A stretch of DNA of 64,000 nucleotides from Mizuhopecten yessoensis (lineage: Eukaryota): the NCBI RefSeq assembly GCF_002113885.1, contig NW_018408919.1:1392987-1456986 (forward strand), read 5' to 3'. The notes under the pieces were generated by a model. The model was given only the letters and a program-made list of their open reading frames with translations, was not told where the DNA came from and did not search any database. Positions 1-13,800 of the stretch are shown one piece after another. The stretch's first letter is position 1; every line of letters begins with the position of its first letter. Both the position numbers and the translations under genes were made by a program.

Positions 1-999
1 TGACAACTGTGGGGTAAAGAAAGCATAAAAACAGCTCATATATTTGATTTTAATGGCTTTTCAACAACACAGTAATTTAAAAACTTAATAGTGAATGCTG
101 ATCTAAAAATAATGCTAGCACAGAAAGTGCTCATAGACAAGCTTGTTCCCTAAAGTCACATTTGAACCTTAACGTAATCAACGACTGCGCAAGACCAGTT
201 CAAATAGTAGGGGTGAATGAGTTTAATGATTATTGACATGATGAAATGATATTAAACAACATCCAAATTTTCAGTTAAAATTTAAATATATACCTACAAA
301 CTGACAAATAACAGTTTTGAAAACAAAATTATTTAAAACATTCTTTTCTCAATATCGCTGCATTTTTGACTTTTAACTTTTTGAAAATTGCATGGGGGAG
401 ATTCTGCATGCTCATAATTAAAACAGATAAAATATGTGTATTACTCCTTAGAGACAAAATGACCCTTTAAAGTGACATTTTTTGAGTTGTTCTTTAAGAT
501 GAAATCATTAGATCTTAGAATATATGAACAGCTAAGCAAATTCACGGGTTGAAAACACTTAATTTAAGGGTTCCAAAATAAGGAGTCTCCCTCATAAATA
601 TATAGAGTTGGCAAGTATGGATTCTTTTTGACAAGTCTGTGATGAGGGTAATGAAACAAATCAGGTGGAACAGCCATTTAGTAGGAGCAAGGTGTCCAGA
701 TTTCTATGGTTACTTTTTTTAGTTTGGCAAAAAATATCAACACAATAGGAAACTATTCAGAAATTTCTATCAAAGGTTGAATTTCACACTATGACATGAT
801 TGGTCCCCTATTACTCAACAAGAAGGAAAGATCCAAACAGTTTCCTATCTGAAAATATTCATGTGTAATAGCTCCTGATGTAATTCTTTCATAATAACAT
901 TTTGAAATGGTAGGTTCATCTTAAAGCTGTACAACAAAAACGTAAATATTTTCAAATAAAACATTTTTATAAAATCAGATATTAAAGTCAGAATAAGAA

Positions 1000-1115
1000 C
1001 ATTTGGTTTTATTTTATTTTATTTTAAAACACGTCCAATTAACAGCTAATGTCATTTAAGGACGTGCCTCCATGTGTAATGTATGTGTGCTTGTGTGCTG
1101 GAGGCAGGGTATGTT
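1000..1115 (-). mobile_element. 3' fragment of a SINE
   Basis: Reverse complement of the SINE tail GCACGTCCTTAAATGAC...AAACCAAA seen at 35680-35737; the adjacent GT-rich/GGAGGC segment matches 31600-31650. Confidence 0.5.
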
Positions 1116-1835
1116 GAGATTAAGAAGAATTGCTTGCTCATATAAACACAAATATTGTAAGGAAATCTAGAATCATAATGTTTGGTATAAACACAAATAT
1201 TGTAAGGAAATCTTGAATCATAATGGTATTTTTATATTAACCCTTTTAATAGTTTTTTCAATGGGAGTGTAACAGAGATGGGCTCCTAAATGATGCAATG
1301 CTGATTTTAAAACGAAGCGTCAATAAAAAAGTTTGTAAAATCTTGGCAGCCAACAGAAATGAGGTATGACATCTACAGAGACATGATTAAAGAGTATTTC
1401 TATCACAAAGTCAGTGCAATAATATAGTATTGTCAAAATGAATAAAAGCAAGAATTCTTGTTTTAAAAGTGGGTATTAAATATATTTAAAAGCATTGCTA
1501 TCACATAAATGTCTAAATTCTGCATTTCTAAAATCTGTTTTAAGTATGTACCCATATAACAGGTAAAGGTTGAATAACAACACTGCTGGTATATAATACA
1601 TTGTACACAGGTTTGCCGATGATCATGCAGGTACATGGTTTAAAACACCACCATGCTACCATACTAAAATATCACAGATAAACTGGGGAGATCCAGAAAA
1701 ACTTGCAACCACTTTTTCTCTCTATATAATTTACATGCAAGTCAATTTCATTATTGAGACATAGATATTGAACAAGAATTGCCCTTGGGACTGAATAATT
1801 TTAGATTTCCTGGACTACTAGGATGTTCGCTGTGG

Positions 1836-4800
1836 TCAAGACAGTTTCATATTTCCCAGATCAGCGACGAGATCAAGTGTGGCATCACCCTGCAAATAAC
1901 CCAAAGGAGATGTTTTAGTGGCCAAGTCATCGAAAAAAGTAAAAAGTTTCAGGGATTTTTTCTACACTGTACAGTTATGTGGTGGGGTTGGTGAGGATCT
2001 TATTTTGTGAAAGTGACAATCAAAAGTACAGTGAAAATTGTCTTATGTGACCCTTGAGCATTATGACGTTCTATTCTACTCAACATGATGCAATCCCTTT
2101 TTAAACGAAAATTACCAAAATAAGACCTGTGTATTCTATTTTACAATCTTTTCTATAATGTTACTATCGACCAAAATATATGAGAAATATGATATTTCCC
2201 ATATCAACACAACAGTTAATCTTTTTTTATTTATTGAAGTATTTTCCATTGATCATTACAGTTAAATTTTAAAACATTGTTCAAAATAGTATTTTTCAAT
2301 ACATTATCGATTATTTCTCAAATCTGATTTTAGGCCAAATAAGGAAATGTATAGGCCTGTCTAGGGTTTCTCTACCTAAACCAATGTTCACAATTCTGAC
2401 CCTTCAGATTTCATATGCAGTTTTACGATTTTTAGGATTTTTCATTCGCAGATACAATATTATATCATTTAAATTAAACTACCTACTGTAACATTTTTCT
2501 GGATGTTTTTATCAATAGATTTTTTTTATTTAGATTTATTTGAAGAATTCACACAAAAACTGTGAAAATCAGTAAAATAAATGACTTGAATTCAATTAAT
2601 ATATTGCACTCTAAAGAAAATGTTCAAATTTAAGCAAAAATTGGAGGAGGGCTTACAAGTAAACATGGCTTAATCAGTGTTAAATGTGGGATGGGGTGGG
2701 TGACGCCACACTTGACAAGTTATCCGAGATAGGTCAGGGAGGTAAAATCTGACTCAAGTCTGGAGTAGTCAAACATGTATGAATACGTTATAATAAACAA
2801 TTCCTCAGAAAATAAAACATTTTAATGACAAAATAGTATATTCGTGTCAGAACTCATGAGAATTTTTTTTTTATCAACATGTATGACTGAATGTTAGCAT
2901 CCAAAATATTGTATAAAATTTACAGGAATCAGCAGCGCAGGACCCCATTCACAGCCAATCAATGTTTGGGAATACCAACTCCAGCTATATATACTGTATT
3001 ATACAAGGTTTTATAAACTGTTAAAAGCAGTAGATACTGTATTCAGTTGTATTCAGTATATATACAGTATAAAGTTGCTAATATACTGCATTTAGGATTA
3101 TATATAGGAAATCAAGCCTTAGTACAGTAATTAGTAGTGAGGGCAACAGAAAGTCATCAGATATATGAGGAGCTGTGATTTACCTAGGCTGTACCACTGC
3201 AAGTCTTACCTGTTTTTCAGGACTGATGGCCTTCCCTTTCACTTGTAACTCTGGGTCGTCCACCGCATCCCCATCTTCGTCTTCCTTGGCCTCGACCTCC
3301 TACAACAGTAGTTCACACCCTCGGTATTGACAACACATATACAAGTAGGGATGGGTATGCCAAGCAATTTTTATATTGCAATATATTGTATTCCAAGAAA
3401 TTTAGTACAGTACATTTATATTGTGTTTAGTGTCACTTGTTATGTTCATTTATATTGACTTTATACAACGGTAGAAAATATGATAAGTGAGTGTCAGGTC
3501 ATGATCAGCAGCAAGATATATCACACCAAGCATGCTGTCTTTTGATAAATTTGATAAACTATCAATGTTATTTCTGTACAATTATTTCGAAACNGCTTGA
3601 CGTTTGACATTTGGACTTCAAAAAGAATCGCAAGGAAGCAAAATATACATTTTACATGTACTATGATGTGATGTGTTTCCTTCCACCTCCATATTTGCTG
3701 GGCTAACAGAAATGTAATTACTGGTGCAATACTCATTTGTTAGCTTTGATTTGTTTTATTTCACCTTAAATACCTCCCCCATCAAGAGCCAGGGTCAGAG
3801 TCAGAGATCCACTTTGTCTTTCACCTTTGGACCCAAATGACCTTGACCATTAACCCAGTGACCCTGATCTTTGGTCAGTTGACTTATTCTTTAATTCAGA
3901 CCAACTTTGCTTCTTAATATCATAACAAAATGTTCATCAGTGAAAAATACAAAACTTGACCTTGACCCTTTGGACCCAGTAACCTGGAACTAAGGTCAGT
4001 TGACTCTGTGTTAAGTTCTGAGCAACATTGCTTCAAAGTGTCATAGCGAAATGTTCAACAGTGAAAAGATACAAAATTTAACCTTGACCTTTGACGTAAT
4101 GACCTTGACCTTTGGTCAGTTGCCTCGTTTGATTCTGATCAACTTTGCTTCATCATGTCATAACAAAATGTTCATCAGTGAAAAGATGCAAAATTTGACC
4201 TTGACCTTTGAATCTCATGACCTTGACCTTTGACATCAACTTTTTACCTCAGTGTGTCTCTTTGTTTAATTCCAAACAACTTTGCTTCATAATGTCATAG
4301 CGAAATATTCACTAGTGAAAAGCTACAAAATTTGACCTTGACCCCTGACCCGATGACCTTGACCTTTGGTCACTTGACTCCTTGTTTAATTCTGATCAAC
4401 TTTGCTTCATAATGTCATAACAAAATGTTCATTAGTGAAAAGATGTAAAATTTGACCTTGACCTTTGAACCTAATGCCCTTGACCTTGACTTTTTACCTG
4501 AATGTGTATTTTTATGAACTGAACATCTTGACCAAGTTTCATGTACATCGGTCAATAAATACCAAAGTTATCAGCCAAGAACAAAATTTGTGGACGGACA
4601 GACAGACAGACAGAGTGATTACTATAGGGCACCCATATTTCCGATACGGAGCCCTAATTATTTGAAAACCTATTGTAATATATTGGTATTATATACACAA
4701 GGTAAATAAATTCAAACCAAGGGATTAAAAGGACTGCAGTATTAAAATTTTAATATTTGTCAAAGCTTATCATGAATTGTGTACCCTAAAACACCAAATT

Positions 4801-7800
4801 TCTGCCCCAAGTTAGTTTCACCATTCACATTATGTCATGTTGCCAACTTATATATGCTGTAATGATAAATTTGCCCTCATCACAGAGGGCGAAAGGCGAG
4901 AATTAAACAATAGCGAAAATGTCCTGGTGTATAGTCTACAATGTGACTTATACCACCTGTACAGAAAAAAACACATGATGATTACTAGAGTAATTTTGCA
5001 CAAACCTCTCCATGAACATCACCTTCCTCCTCATCTTCATCATCTGTTCCTTCGTCTCCACTACAACAAAATAGGTCACCTTATAATCTCTGTACTAGTA
5101 CAATACAACCTTACAATGACATCTTCAATAAAAAAATATATACTTCCTGATGCCAGCCTTAACTTGGAGCAATGATTTTACCAACCAACATCTTGCATCT
5201 CAAAATCTGATTCTCAGGAATATTACGATTCTTATAAAAGAGATAATTTGATGGGTCAACTAAATAAAAAAGGACTGTATCATATCAAATGTTTTACAGT
5301 ATCACTATACAGTAAAACATCACTTGTCATTTAGACATGGCAGTCACCATTGAGACCTTAACTCTAGACAACAAGATGGGGGAGTTAAGGAGACATGGAA
5401 GTTTTCCAGAGCCAGTGAGAGTCGAGGAAAGGTAGGATCAGTGTCAGTGCTCATACAGACAATTGCAGGGCTAGAAATTAATTTTGAATACCACTAGTCA
5501 ATAGGGGTAGTAGTTTCCAAGTTTTATTAGTCCATGTGAAGATTCCACTAAGTCAATACTATTCAACAAGATAAGCAATATCATATTTTGACTAGTCAAT
5601 TGGGCTAGTAGTTTTAAGAACCACTAGTCCAGCTGGAGATTTCACTAATCTCAGACTATCTGGCTACTCTTATTGCCTAGCCCTGATGTTATTCAGTCGA
5701 AAATAATAATGATAAGTCAGCGAGAATGGTCATAGAAATTAGTTAACTTGCTGACATGACACATAACATTAAGGGGGCCATACAGGTGGTGGTCAAGTGG
5801 TTAAAGTCGCCAGGTTCTGGCGGCAGGCCATAAGTCGGTGTTTTTTCTCTGGGTACTGCAGTTTTCCTCCAGTGCCAAAACCTGGCTAGACCTTAAATGA
5901 CCATACCTGTTAATAGGCATAAAACAACCAAACAAATCAGGAAGACATATCAGTCAAGGAGGTATTGCACTAGTCACAAAGACAAGACTCATCAAGATTT
6001 GAGAGTAGAGGATACCTGGCACTATTCATAGACATGAGTCGGTGAGAGTCAACGAGAGACATGATCAGCAACTTTGGAATTGAAGATTTGATTCATGGAG
6101 ACTTGAAAGTCATTGAGTCATTGAACGTTACCTGTCATCTCTCAGACGTAAAATAATTCATGAAGAAATGACAGTGTTGCCTACCTGAGAGATCCAAGTT
6201 TATCGGATTTGTTTATAGCCTCCATTGTGCCCTTCACCTCTTCCACTCCATCTTCTCCTAGCTGATTGGCTGTTTATGACAAAATCGAACACACCAATCA
6301 TATAGCTGTATATAGTACATCAAAGTTAAAAGTAAGAATCTTAACAAAATCGTACAATTATGGACTCAGAAAAGAAAATACAGGGAAAAATAACAGGGAT
6401 CATAAAATTTCATCAGTGCAAAAAAAGAGAGAATTATTCCTTCACATGAATTAAACACAATTTCATCTCTCTAGGTCTTTGAACATAGCAAAACCTCAAT
6501 ATAATGTCTTACGGTACATATGACACATCACATTACTGAAAATGTATTTGAAAATTACATTTTCTTGAACAATTTTGCATATATATATATATTTTCCTCG
6601 ATATATTGCCAAACCCCTTTATAATGCCAACATTAGGCTAGAAAAACAGTGCCAATATACCCACATTAAAACTTCGCTATAATGCCCTTCATTTGCCACT
6701 TTGCTTATCACCAAGATATTTGACGATACCATTTTTCTTAAGAATTCCTTTATTTGTTTTCTTTAATTTATCACCAAACCCCATTATTTCTCTGGACAAA
6801 TGGTGGCAGTATAACGATGCCTTACTGTATAGGTTTACTATATGGCATGAGCACACAACAAATGTCCAAGGCCTCTGTATGATCTGCAAAAAGTCTGAAC
6901 TTTATAAAAAGAAAGCTTTAACCGGACCTACATGTTACATCAACGATAAGAAGTGTGCGATTGTTCGACATGCGTACAAAAAATCTCGAAGGACGTGTAT
7001 AAAGATATATTTAGATATGAATTTTCAGCTTTGAAACATTGTTATCTAACCTCTCCCAATATACTGTCCCACAAATGTAGCTGGTTAGTTAGTGAGCTTA
7101 AACATACCAGCAGACAGTAAAAAAGTTTAACCAGTCAAGTAGTTTGTTAAAGGAGGAATCTCCTACAAATGGCTCATGTTACAGGGTAAGGAAGATTTTG
7201 TTTGCAGACTTCAAAGTATTTAGAAATATCTAAATTTCTGCAGTGTTCAGTCCGACCTCTTTAGGTAGGTGGTCAGTTAAGAGTTGATGTGTACTTACAG
7301 TCCAAATCTAAGAGTTCCAAGTTCACTTTATTCTCCATAGCATCAGCTATCGCCGTGGCGCCTGGCTTGCTTATTTCATTTCCAGAGAAATTTACTTCCT
7401 ACAAAGTAAAGATGGGGCCCATTTTAATATGGTTCACAAGTCCAAATCAAATCTCTGATCATATTTTAGTAGTGATTGATGAGTGGACATAACAAATTGA
7501 TAGTATTTACCCAATATTTCATTCTAATTCCCTATTAAGATGACAACATAGACATTTGCAGGTAATCATTTAAATGTTAATGCAATTTCCCACATTTCAT
7601 ATACAAAGTCCTAAATCACCTGTATAATGTTATAATGTAACATTATCTATAGCATGGCTGTATTTCATAATTGTTTCAATTAAGTCATTCTTTCTTACAT
7701 TTTTATCACATACCTGTTGAATCTTGTTCTAGTAATACAAGCAATTTTCAGACCATGAAATACAACGTTTTGTATTGCACATGTGCAATACGGAATGTTG

Positions 7801-10800
7801 TATTTACCTACAAGCCAGAACTACTTTTTATGGGAATCCCATTGTCATGGTGAACTGAAAAGTTCCTGGTATTTGCAAAAAATATCAAAGTTTATAAAAT
7901 CTTTGTATCGATCTCTACTAAATACGGAAGGTATGTGATAAAAGCAAGACCACACACTTGTGTTTTTCTAAAGAATCAGACAGCACTCATTTATTGCGCG
8001 GATGTATATATTCACTCTTGCGTGGAGCGCACTCTTGAATATACTCGTTTGCACAATAAACTTGTGCTTTCTGATTCGTTAGAAAATCACAAGTGTGTGG
8101 TCCTGCATATATACCCTTAACCTCAGCCAAGGAAAAATGCAGATTTTTTCACTTCTATCATCTTATGTTCTTAAAATGGTAGCTTCAGAAATGTTCAGTA
8201 CCCGACTTACCCTAAGACTAGTATGACTATCAGCAATGGCACTGGCCAACACCTTCGCTCCATCTGTTCGCACCAAACAGTCTCCGAAATTTAATACTTC
8301 TAACTTTTGTACGTGAGGTAGAACCTAAAACAATCTCAAAAGTGTTATTAACCCAAACAAATTTAAATGTACATGTAAGGAAACTGTTAACAATTTGCTT
8401 TTTAACAAGATATATCAGGAATAACATTTTAAAATAACAATCATCTTAGTAAGGAAATTGTCTTTGATATGATAGTAGTGAAAAGCATACAATCATGTAC
8501 ATTATATATGCCTCTGGTGATTTGTCACTTTTCATACATGTATATAAATCTACATTAATGATATCATATGCACCATGACATGGGTTTTCGAGTTTTGCAT
8601 CAAAAATCCTCTTAATTGCTGGAAAGATCGCTAGTACTCTACCGTCAATTTTTTCCTAAAAGAAAGAATAGAGTAGTTTTTTATGAGTTTTTGTTTATTT
8701 AATAATTGTTAACAAGAGGCCCATAGGGCCTGTATCGCTCACCTTGATATCTAAGCAATCATGGCAGAATATTCTCCAAATGAGATCCAAGGGAATATGC
8801 CAGACCCCAAGGCCAATCCTTGTAGCATATATATCTGTATTCAATTTTTCATGCCCAGCAATTTTATGTATGGTTATGGGGTGGGGATCTCAACTGTTTC
8901 CAAGCTGTGACGCAGAAACTAGGTCCCTACGGTTGTGGCCAGACCCCAGGATCAATTCTAATATCATGACTGCATTTGTCTCTTTTTNNNNNNNNNNNNN
9001 NNNNNNNNNNNNNNNNNNNNNNNNNNNNNNNNNNNNNNNNNNNNNNNNNNNNNNNNNNNNNNNNNNNNNNNNNNNNNNNNNNNNNNNNNNNNNNNNNNNN
9101 NNNNNNNNNNNNNNNNNNNNNNNNNNNNNNNNNNNNNNNNNNNNNNNNNNNNNNNNNNNNNNNNNNNNNNNNNNNNNNNNNNNNNNNNNNNNNNNNNNNN
9201 NNNNNNNNNNNNNNNNNNNNNNNNNNNNNNNNNNNNNNNNNNNNNNNNNNNNNNNNNNNNNNNNNNNNNNNNNNNNNNNNNNNNNNNNNNNNNNNNNNNN
9301 NNNNNNNNNNNNNNNNNNNNNNNNNNNNNNNNNNNNNNNNNNNNNNNNNNNNNNNNNNNNNNNNNNNNNNNNNNNNNNNNNNNNNNNNNNNNNNNNNNNN
9401 NNNNNNNNNNNNNNNNNNNNNNNNNNNNNNNNNNNNNNNNNNNNNNNNNNNNNNNNNNNNNNNNNNNNNNNNNNNNNNNNNNNNNNNNNNNNNNNNNNNN
9501 NNNNNNNNNNNNNNNNNNNNNNNNNNNNNNNNNNNNNNNNNNNNNNNNNNNNNNNNNNNNNNNNNNNNNNNNNNNNNNNNNNNNNNNNNNNNNNNNNNNN
9601 NNNNNNNNNNNNNNNNNNNNNNNNNNNNNNNNNNNNNNNNNNNNNNNNNNNNNNNNNNNNNNNNNNNNNNNNNNNNNNNNNNNNNNNNNNNNNNNNNNNN
9701 NNNNNNNNNNNNNNNNNNNNNNNNNNNNNNNNNNNNNNNNNNNNNNNNNNNNNNNNNNNNNNNNNNNNNNNNNNNNNNNNNNNNNNNNNNNNNNNNNNNN
9801 NNNNNNNNNNNNNNNNNNNNNNNNNNNNNNNNNNNNNNNNNNNNNNNNNNNNNNNNNNNNNNNNNNNNNNNNNNNNNNNNNNNNNNNNNNNNNNNNNNNN
9901 NNNNNGGGGGGGGCAGAAACAAGTCTATTACTCTTGCCCCCAGCAAGTGGGCCTACTTTTTTGCACTTGCCCCAAGCAATAAAACCTGTTGTCCTTGGCA
10001 TCAGGCAAGTGGATTATTACACCCCTCACTTCATGGTCAGCATGTCGTGAAAATCTACTTATTTCGAAAAGCTACACCACCTGGACATTTTGGACTTTTA
10101 ATCTATCAATTGAATTTTCTACAAAACTCTCAGAAGTGCATCACCTACCTTTGCTATGCTTTTGGCACCCGCCACTGTAAAGGTGTTGTCGTTTAAATTA
10201 AGTCTTTTTAGTCCCTTGTTATGAGCTATAGCGTCGGCCAGGGCACTTATCCCGGGAGGGTTGATCCCGTTCTGTGGCATGGTGATCTCCTCTAGGGTTC
10301 CAATTGCCTAATAACAGATACCATTAGCATGTGTTTAGTGTCACTGGTTATGTTCTAATTGGATGTTATATCACTAAGGTAAATTATTTTATTTGAAAAT
10401 TTTAGTCATGTTACATACATGTAACTACTTTTAATAATTTCACAAGCTGTACCCACGTCCATTATTATAAGTTGAACATTATCCCACCTCTGACGCAAGT
10501 TATAGTTTGTAAGTTAATATAAATCAAAGGGACAAATAGACCAATTGGGTCAGGTGCTAGAATCTTGTTTTTTTAATTGTAAATCAACTTGAACGTATGA
10601 AATTATGATGCATACATATGACACAATCGTAATATATACATTGTATTGCATCAATTAAATCAATAGAAATTGTAATTTGTATCGATTATGTGAAAAATTG
10701 AAAAATTGTTGCATTTAATATTCGATACAATTAAAGAGAGGCGATTACATTGCATATACCAGTTCATGTACTGTATATCTGTAAACTTTCACCTTCGCTG

Positions 10801-13800
10801 GTAAACTCTGTATTCGTTTAGTGTTAAGGTTGCCCTCCACATTTGATCTTTATTTTCATATGTTGTTTACTAATGTTCGCTCTTACAATAAATTCAACCT
10901 CATTACGGAGAGTGAAAAAGACAGTTAAAACTGTGGTGAAAATTTCCTGGAATACAGTATTCCCAGACTCCATAACACAATACCTTGAAGGCTGCGGCGA
11001 GAGCAGTGGCTCCATCGTTCTCCAGCCTGTTACGTCCCGATATAAACACCCGCAGGGCCAGAGGTTTGCCTGCAGCACAGCTCGACTTGTGACAGTCCAG
11101 CAGGCACTGTGAGAGTATCTGTACCAACATGGAAAACAACAATGTAACAACTGATTCTAGGAAGTTATAACAACAATGTAACAACAGATTCTAGGAAGTT
11201 ACAACAACAATGTAACAACTGATTCTAGAAAGTTACAACAACAATGTAACAACAGATTCAAGGAAGTTACAACAACAATGAAACAACAGATTCTAGAAAG
11301 TTACAACAACAATGTAACAACTGATTCTAGGAAGTTACAACAACAATGTAACAACAGATTCAAGGAGTTACAACAATAATGTAACAACAATAGATTATAA
11401 GAATTTATAACAACAATGTAACAACAGATTCTATGAAGTTACAACAACAATGTAACAACAGAATCTAGGAGTTACAACAATAATGTAACAACAATAGATT
11501 ATAGGAATTTATAACAACAATGTAACAACAGATTCTATGAAGTTACAACAACAATGTAACAAAATATTCTAGGAAGTTACAACCCAAATGTAACAACAGA
11601 TTCTAGGAAGTTAGAACAACAATGTAACAACTGATTCTAGGAAGTTACAACAACAATGTAACAACAGATTCTAGGAAGTTACAACAACAATGTAACAACA
11701 TAATCTAGGAGTTACAACAACAATGTAACAACAGAATCTAGGAGTTACAACAACAATGTAACAAAAGATTCTAGGAAGTTACAACACCAATGTAACAACA
11801 GATTCTAGGAAGTTACAACACCAATATAACAACAGATTCTAGGAAGTTACAACAACAATGTAACAACAGAGTCTAGGAAGTTACAATAACAATGTAACAA
11901 CAGATTCTAGGAAGTTACAACAACAATGTAAAAAAAGATTCTAGGAAGTTACAACACCAATGTAACAACAGATTCTAGGAAGTTACAATAACAATGTAAC
12001 AACATATTTTAGGTTATTACAACAGACACCAAATACAGAAATAATTCAGTATAGAAAATATTCAGGTATGTCAACTACCCCAATTTGGTCTGGTTTCACA
12101 AAACAAAGGAGGAGGTGGGTTGGAGGAAATCACACAAACAGTATCCTATATTATCAATCAAATAACAATTTCTGGTAATAAGCCCACCCATACCTATCGC
12201 AATTTAGACTTGAAATGTCAAAACAAAACATTTTGTTGTCCTTTAGTAAGCCCATCCCCTACTTTGAGTAAGAGATTAAATTAAGTGTTGCCCAAAGAGA
12301 TATTTCAAGATAAATATTTTACTTAAATAAGGTCATTTAACAGACAAAGAAATTAAGAGTAAAACCTTGCTATAATGCAACTGTCCAGGGCAGAGTTGGG
12401 TTTTTGTGGATTTTCGTAGGAAGGCCAAAAAAAAAGGAAAATGAAACAAAGAAATAGGTTGGTGGGTAAACCAGGTTGATAAGATAACCTTTCTGCCCTC
12501 AATGTCCATGTTGGTGGGTAAACCAGGTTGATAAGATTACCTTTCTGCCCCCAATGCCCATGTTGGTGGGTAAACCAGATTGATAAGATTACCTTTCCGC
12601 CCCCAATGCCCATGTTGGTGGGTAAACCAGGTTGATAAGATTACCTTTCCGCCCCCAATGCTAGTGTTGATGGGTAAACCAGGTTGATAAGATTACCTTT
12701 CCGCCCACAATCCCCATGTTGGTGGGTATACCAGGTTGATAAGATTACCTTTCCACCCCCAATGCCCATGTTGGTGGGGAAACCAGGTTGATAAGATTAC
12801 CTTTCCGCCCCCAATGCCCATGTTGATGGGTAAACCAGGTTGATAAGATTACCTTTCTGCCCCCAATGCCCATGTTGGTGGGTAAACCAGGTTGATAAGA
12901 TTACCTTTCCGCCCCCAATGCTCGTGTTGATGGGTAAACCAGGTTGATAAGATTACCTTTCCGCCCCCAATGCCGAGACCATTGTTGTTGAGTTTGAGTT
13001 CCTTCAGGGTATAGCAGCTAGGACTCTTCAGCAGTTCTATTAGACCATCCACTCCGGTCGGACCGAAGGCATTATCACTGAGGTCAAGCTCCACTAATCC
13101 AGCTCCAGCAGCTATGATTGCCTTGCCTAAATGTTTCTGTAAAATAAATCAGTATTATTGTGACATTTTGGATATCATATATTTATACATGTTTTAGCTG
13201 TTTTAATGTTTTGTTTTGATGAACAAAATATAAATAGCTATGAATTCATTCAAGTATTAGAAAGCCCATACAATTGGCATTATACCAGCCTGTTCTGATG
13301 CAGAATTTTGAGTACAGATTCCAATTTCACTATTAAAACATGTTAACTTAGATCATTTCCTTAACCTAAAGTAATTCTTAAGTTTAGGAAAAATGCCAAC
13401 TTTAGCTGTTTATGACATGTTCTTGAAGCTGGGGCCTGTAATTTTTTCATTTTGGCCAAAATGACTCAATTTATCTTAAATAGTTACTCATAAGGCCAAA
13501 ATATATATATGGTCTGTTTAGGGTTGCATGGGCCAAAAAACTAGGGTAGGAAGGTCAGACTTTTTTTTTGATTTTTTTTTTTATATTTTTGGTCATGTAA
13601 TTATGACCCTACTATTGCATGTAAAACAAAGAATTACATAAACAACGTTCGTTTGAGGGCAAATTGTGCTCCATTTGATGACATTTAGCGCCTAAACGGC
13701 GCCGGAAGCCATTTTGAAAGGCAAGGAACCTTCTAAAATTCGAAAATCATCAGGGTTTTTGGGGTTTTTTCATCAAAAAGTTTTGGGTCGGGGGTAAAAA

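Noticed and set aside
1141-1224. Two-copy ~46-bp direct repeat
   Set aside because: Ordinary local duplication with no other signal.
8744-10196. Long ORFs of 339-412 aa in the ORF track
   Set aside because: They only span the N gap. The RanGAP1 exon first suspected to be in the gap was found at 8324-8211.
11135-12975. Regular repeats that might look like CRISPR arrays (also 37597-38090, 39680-40490, 61442-61756)
   Set aside because: Head-to-tail units with no unique spacers, no cas genes, eukaryotic intronic context.
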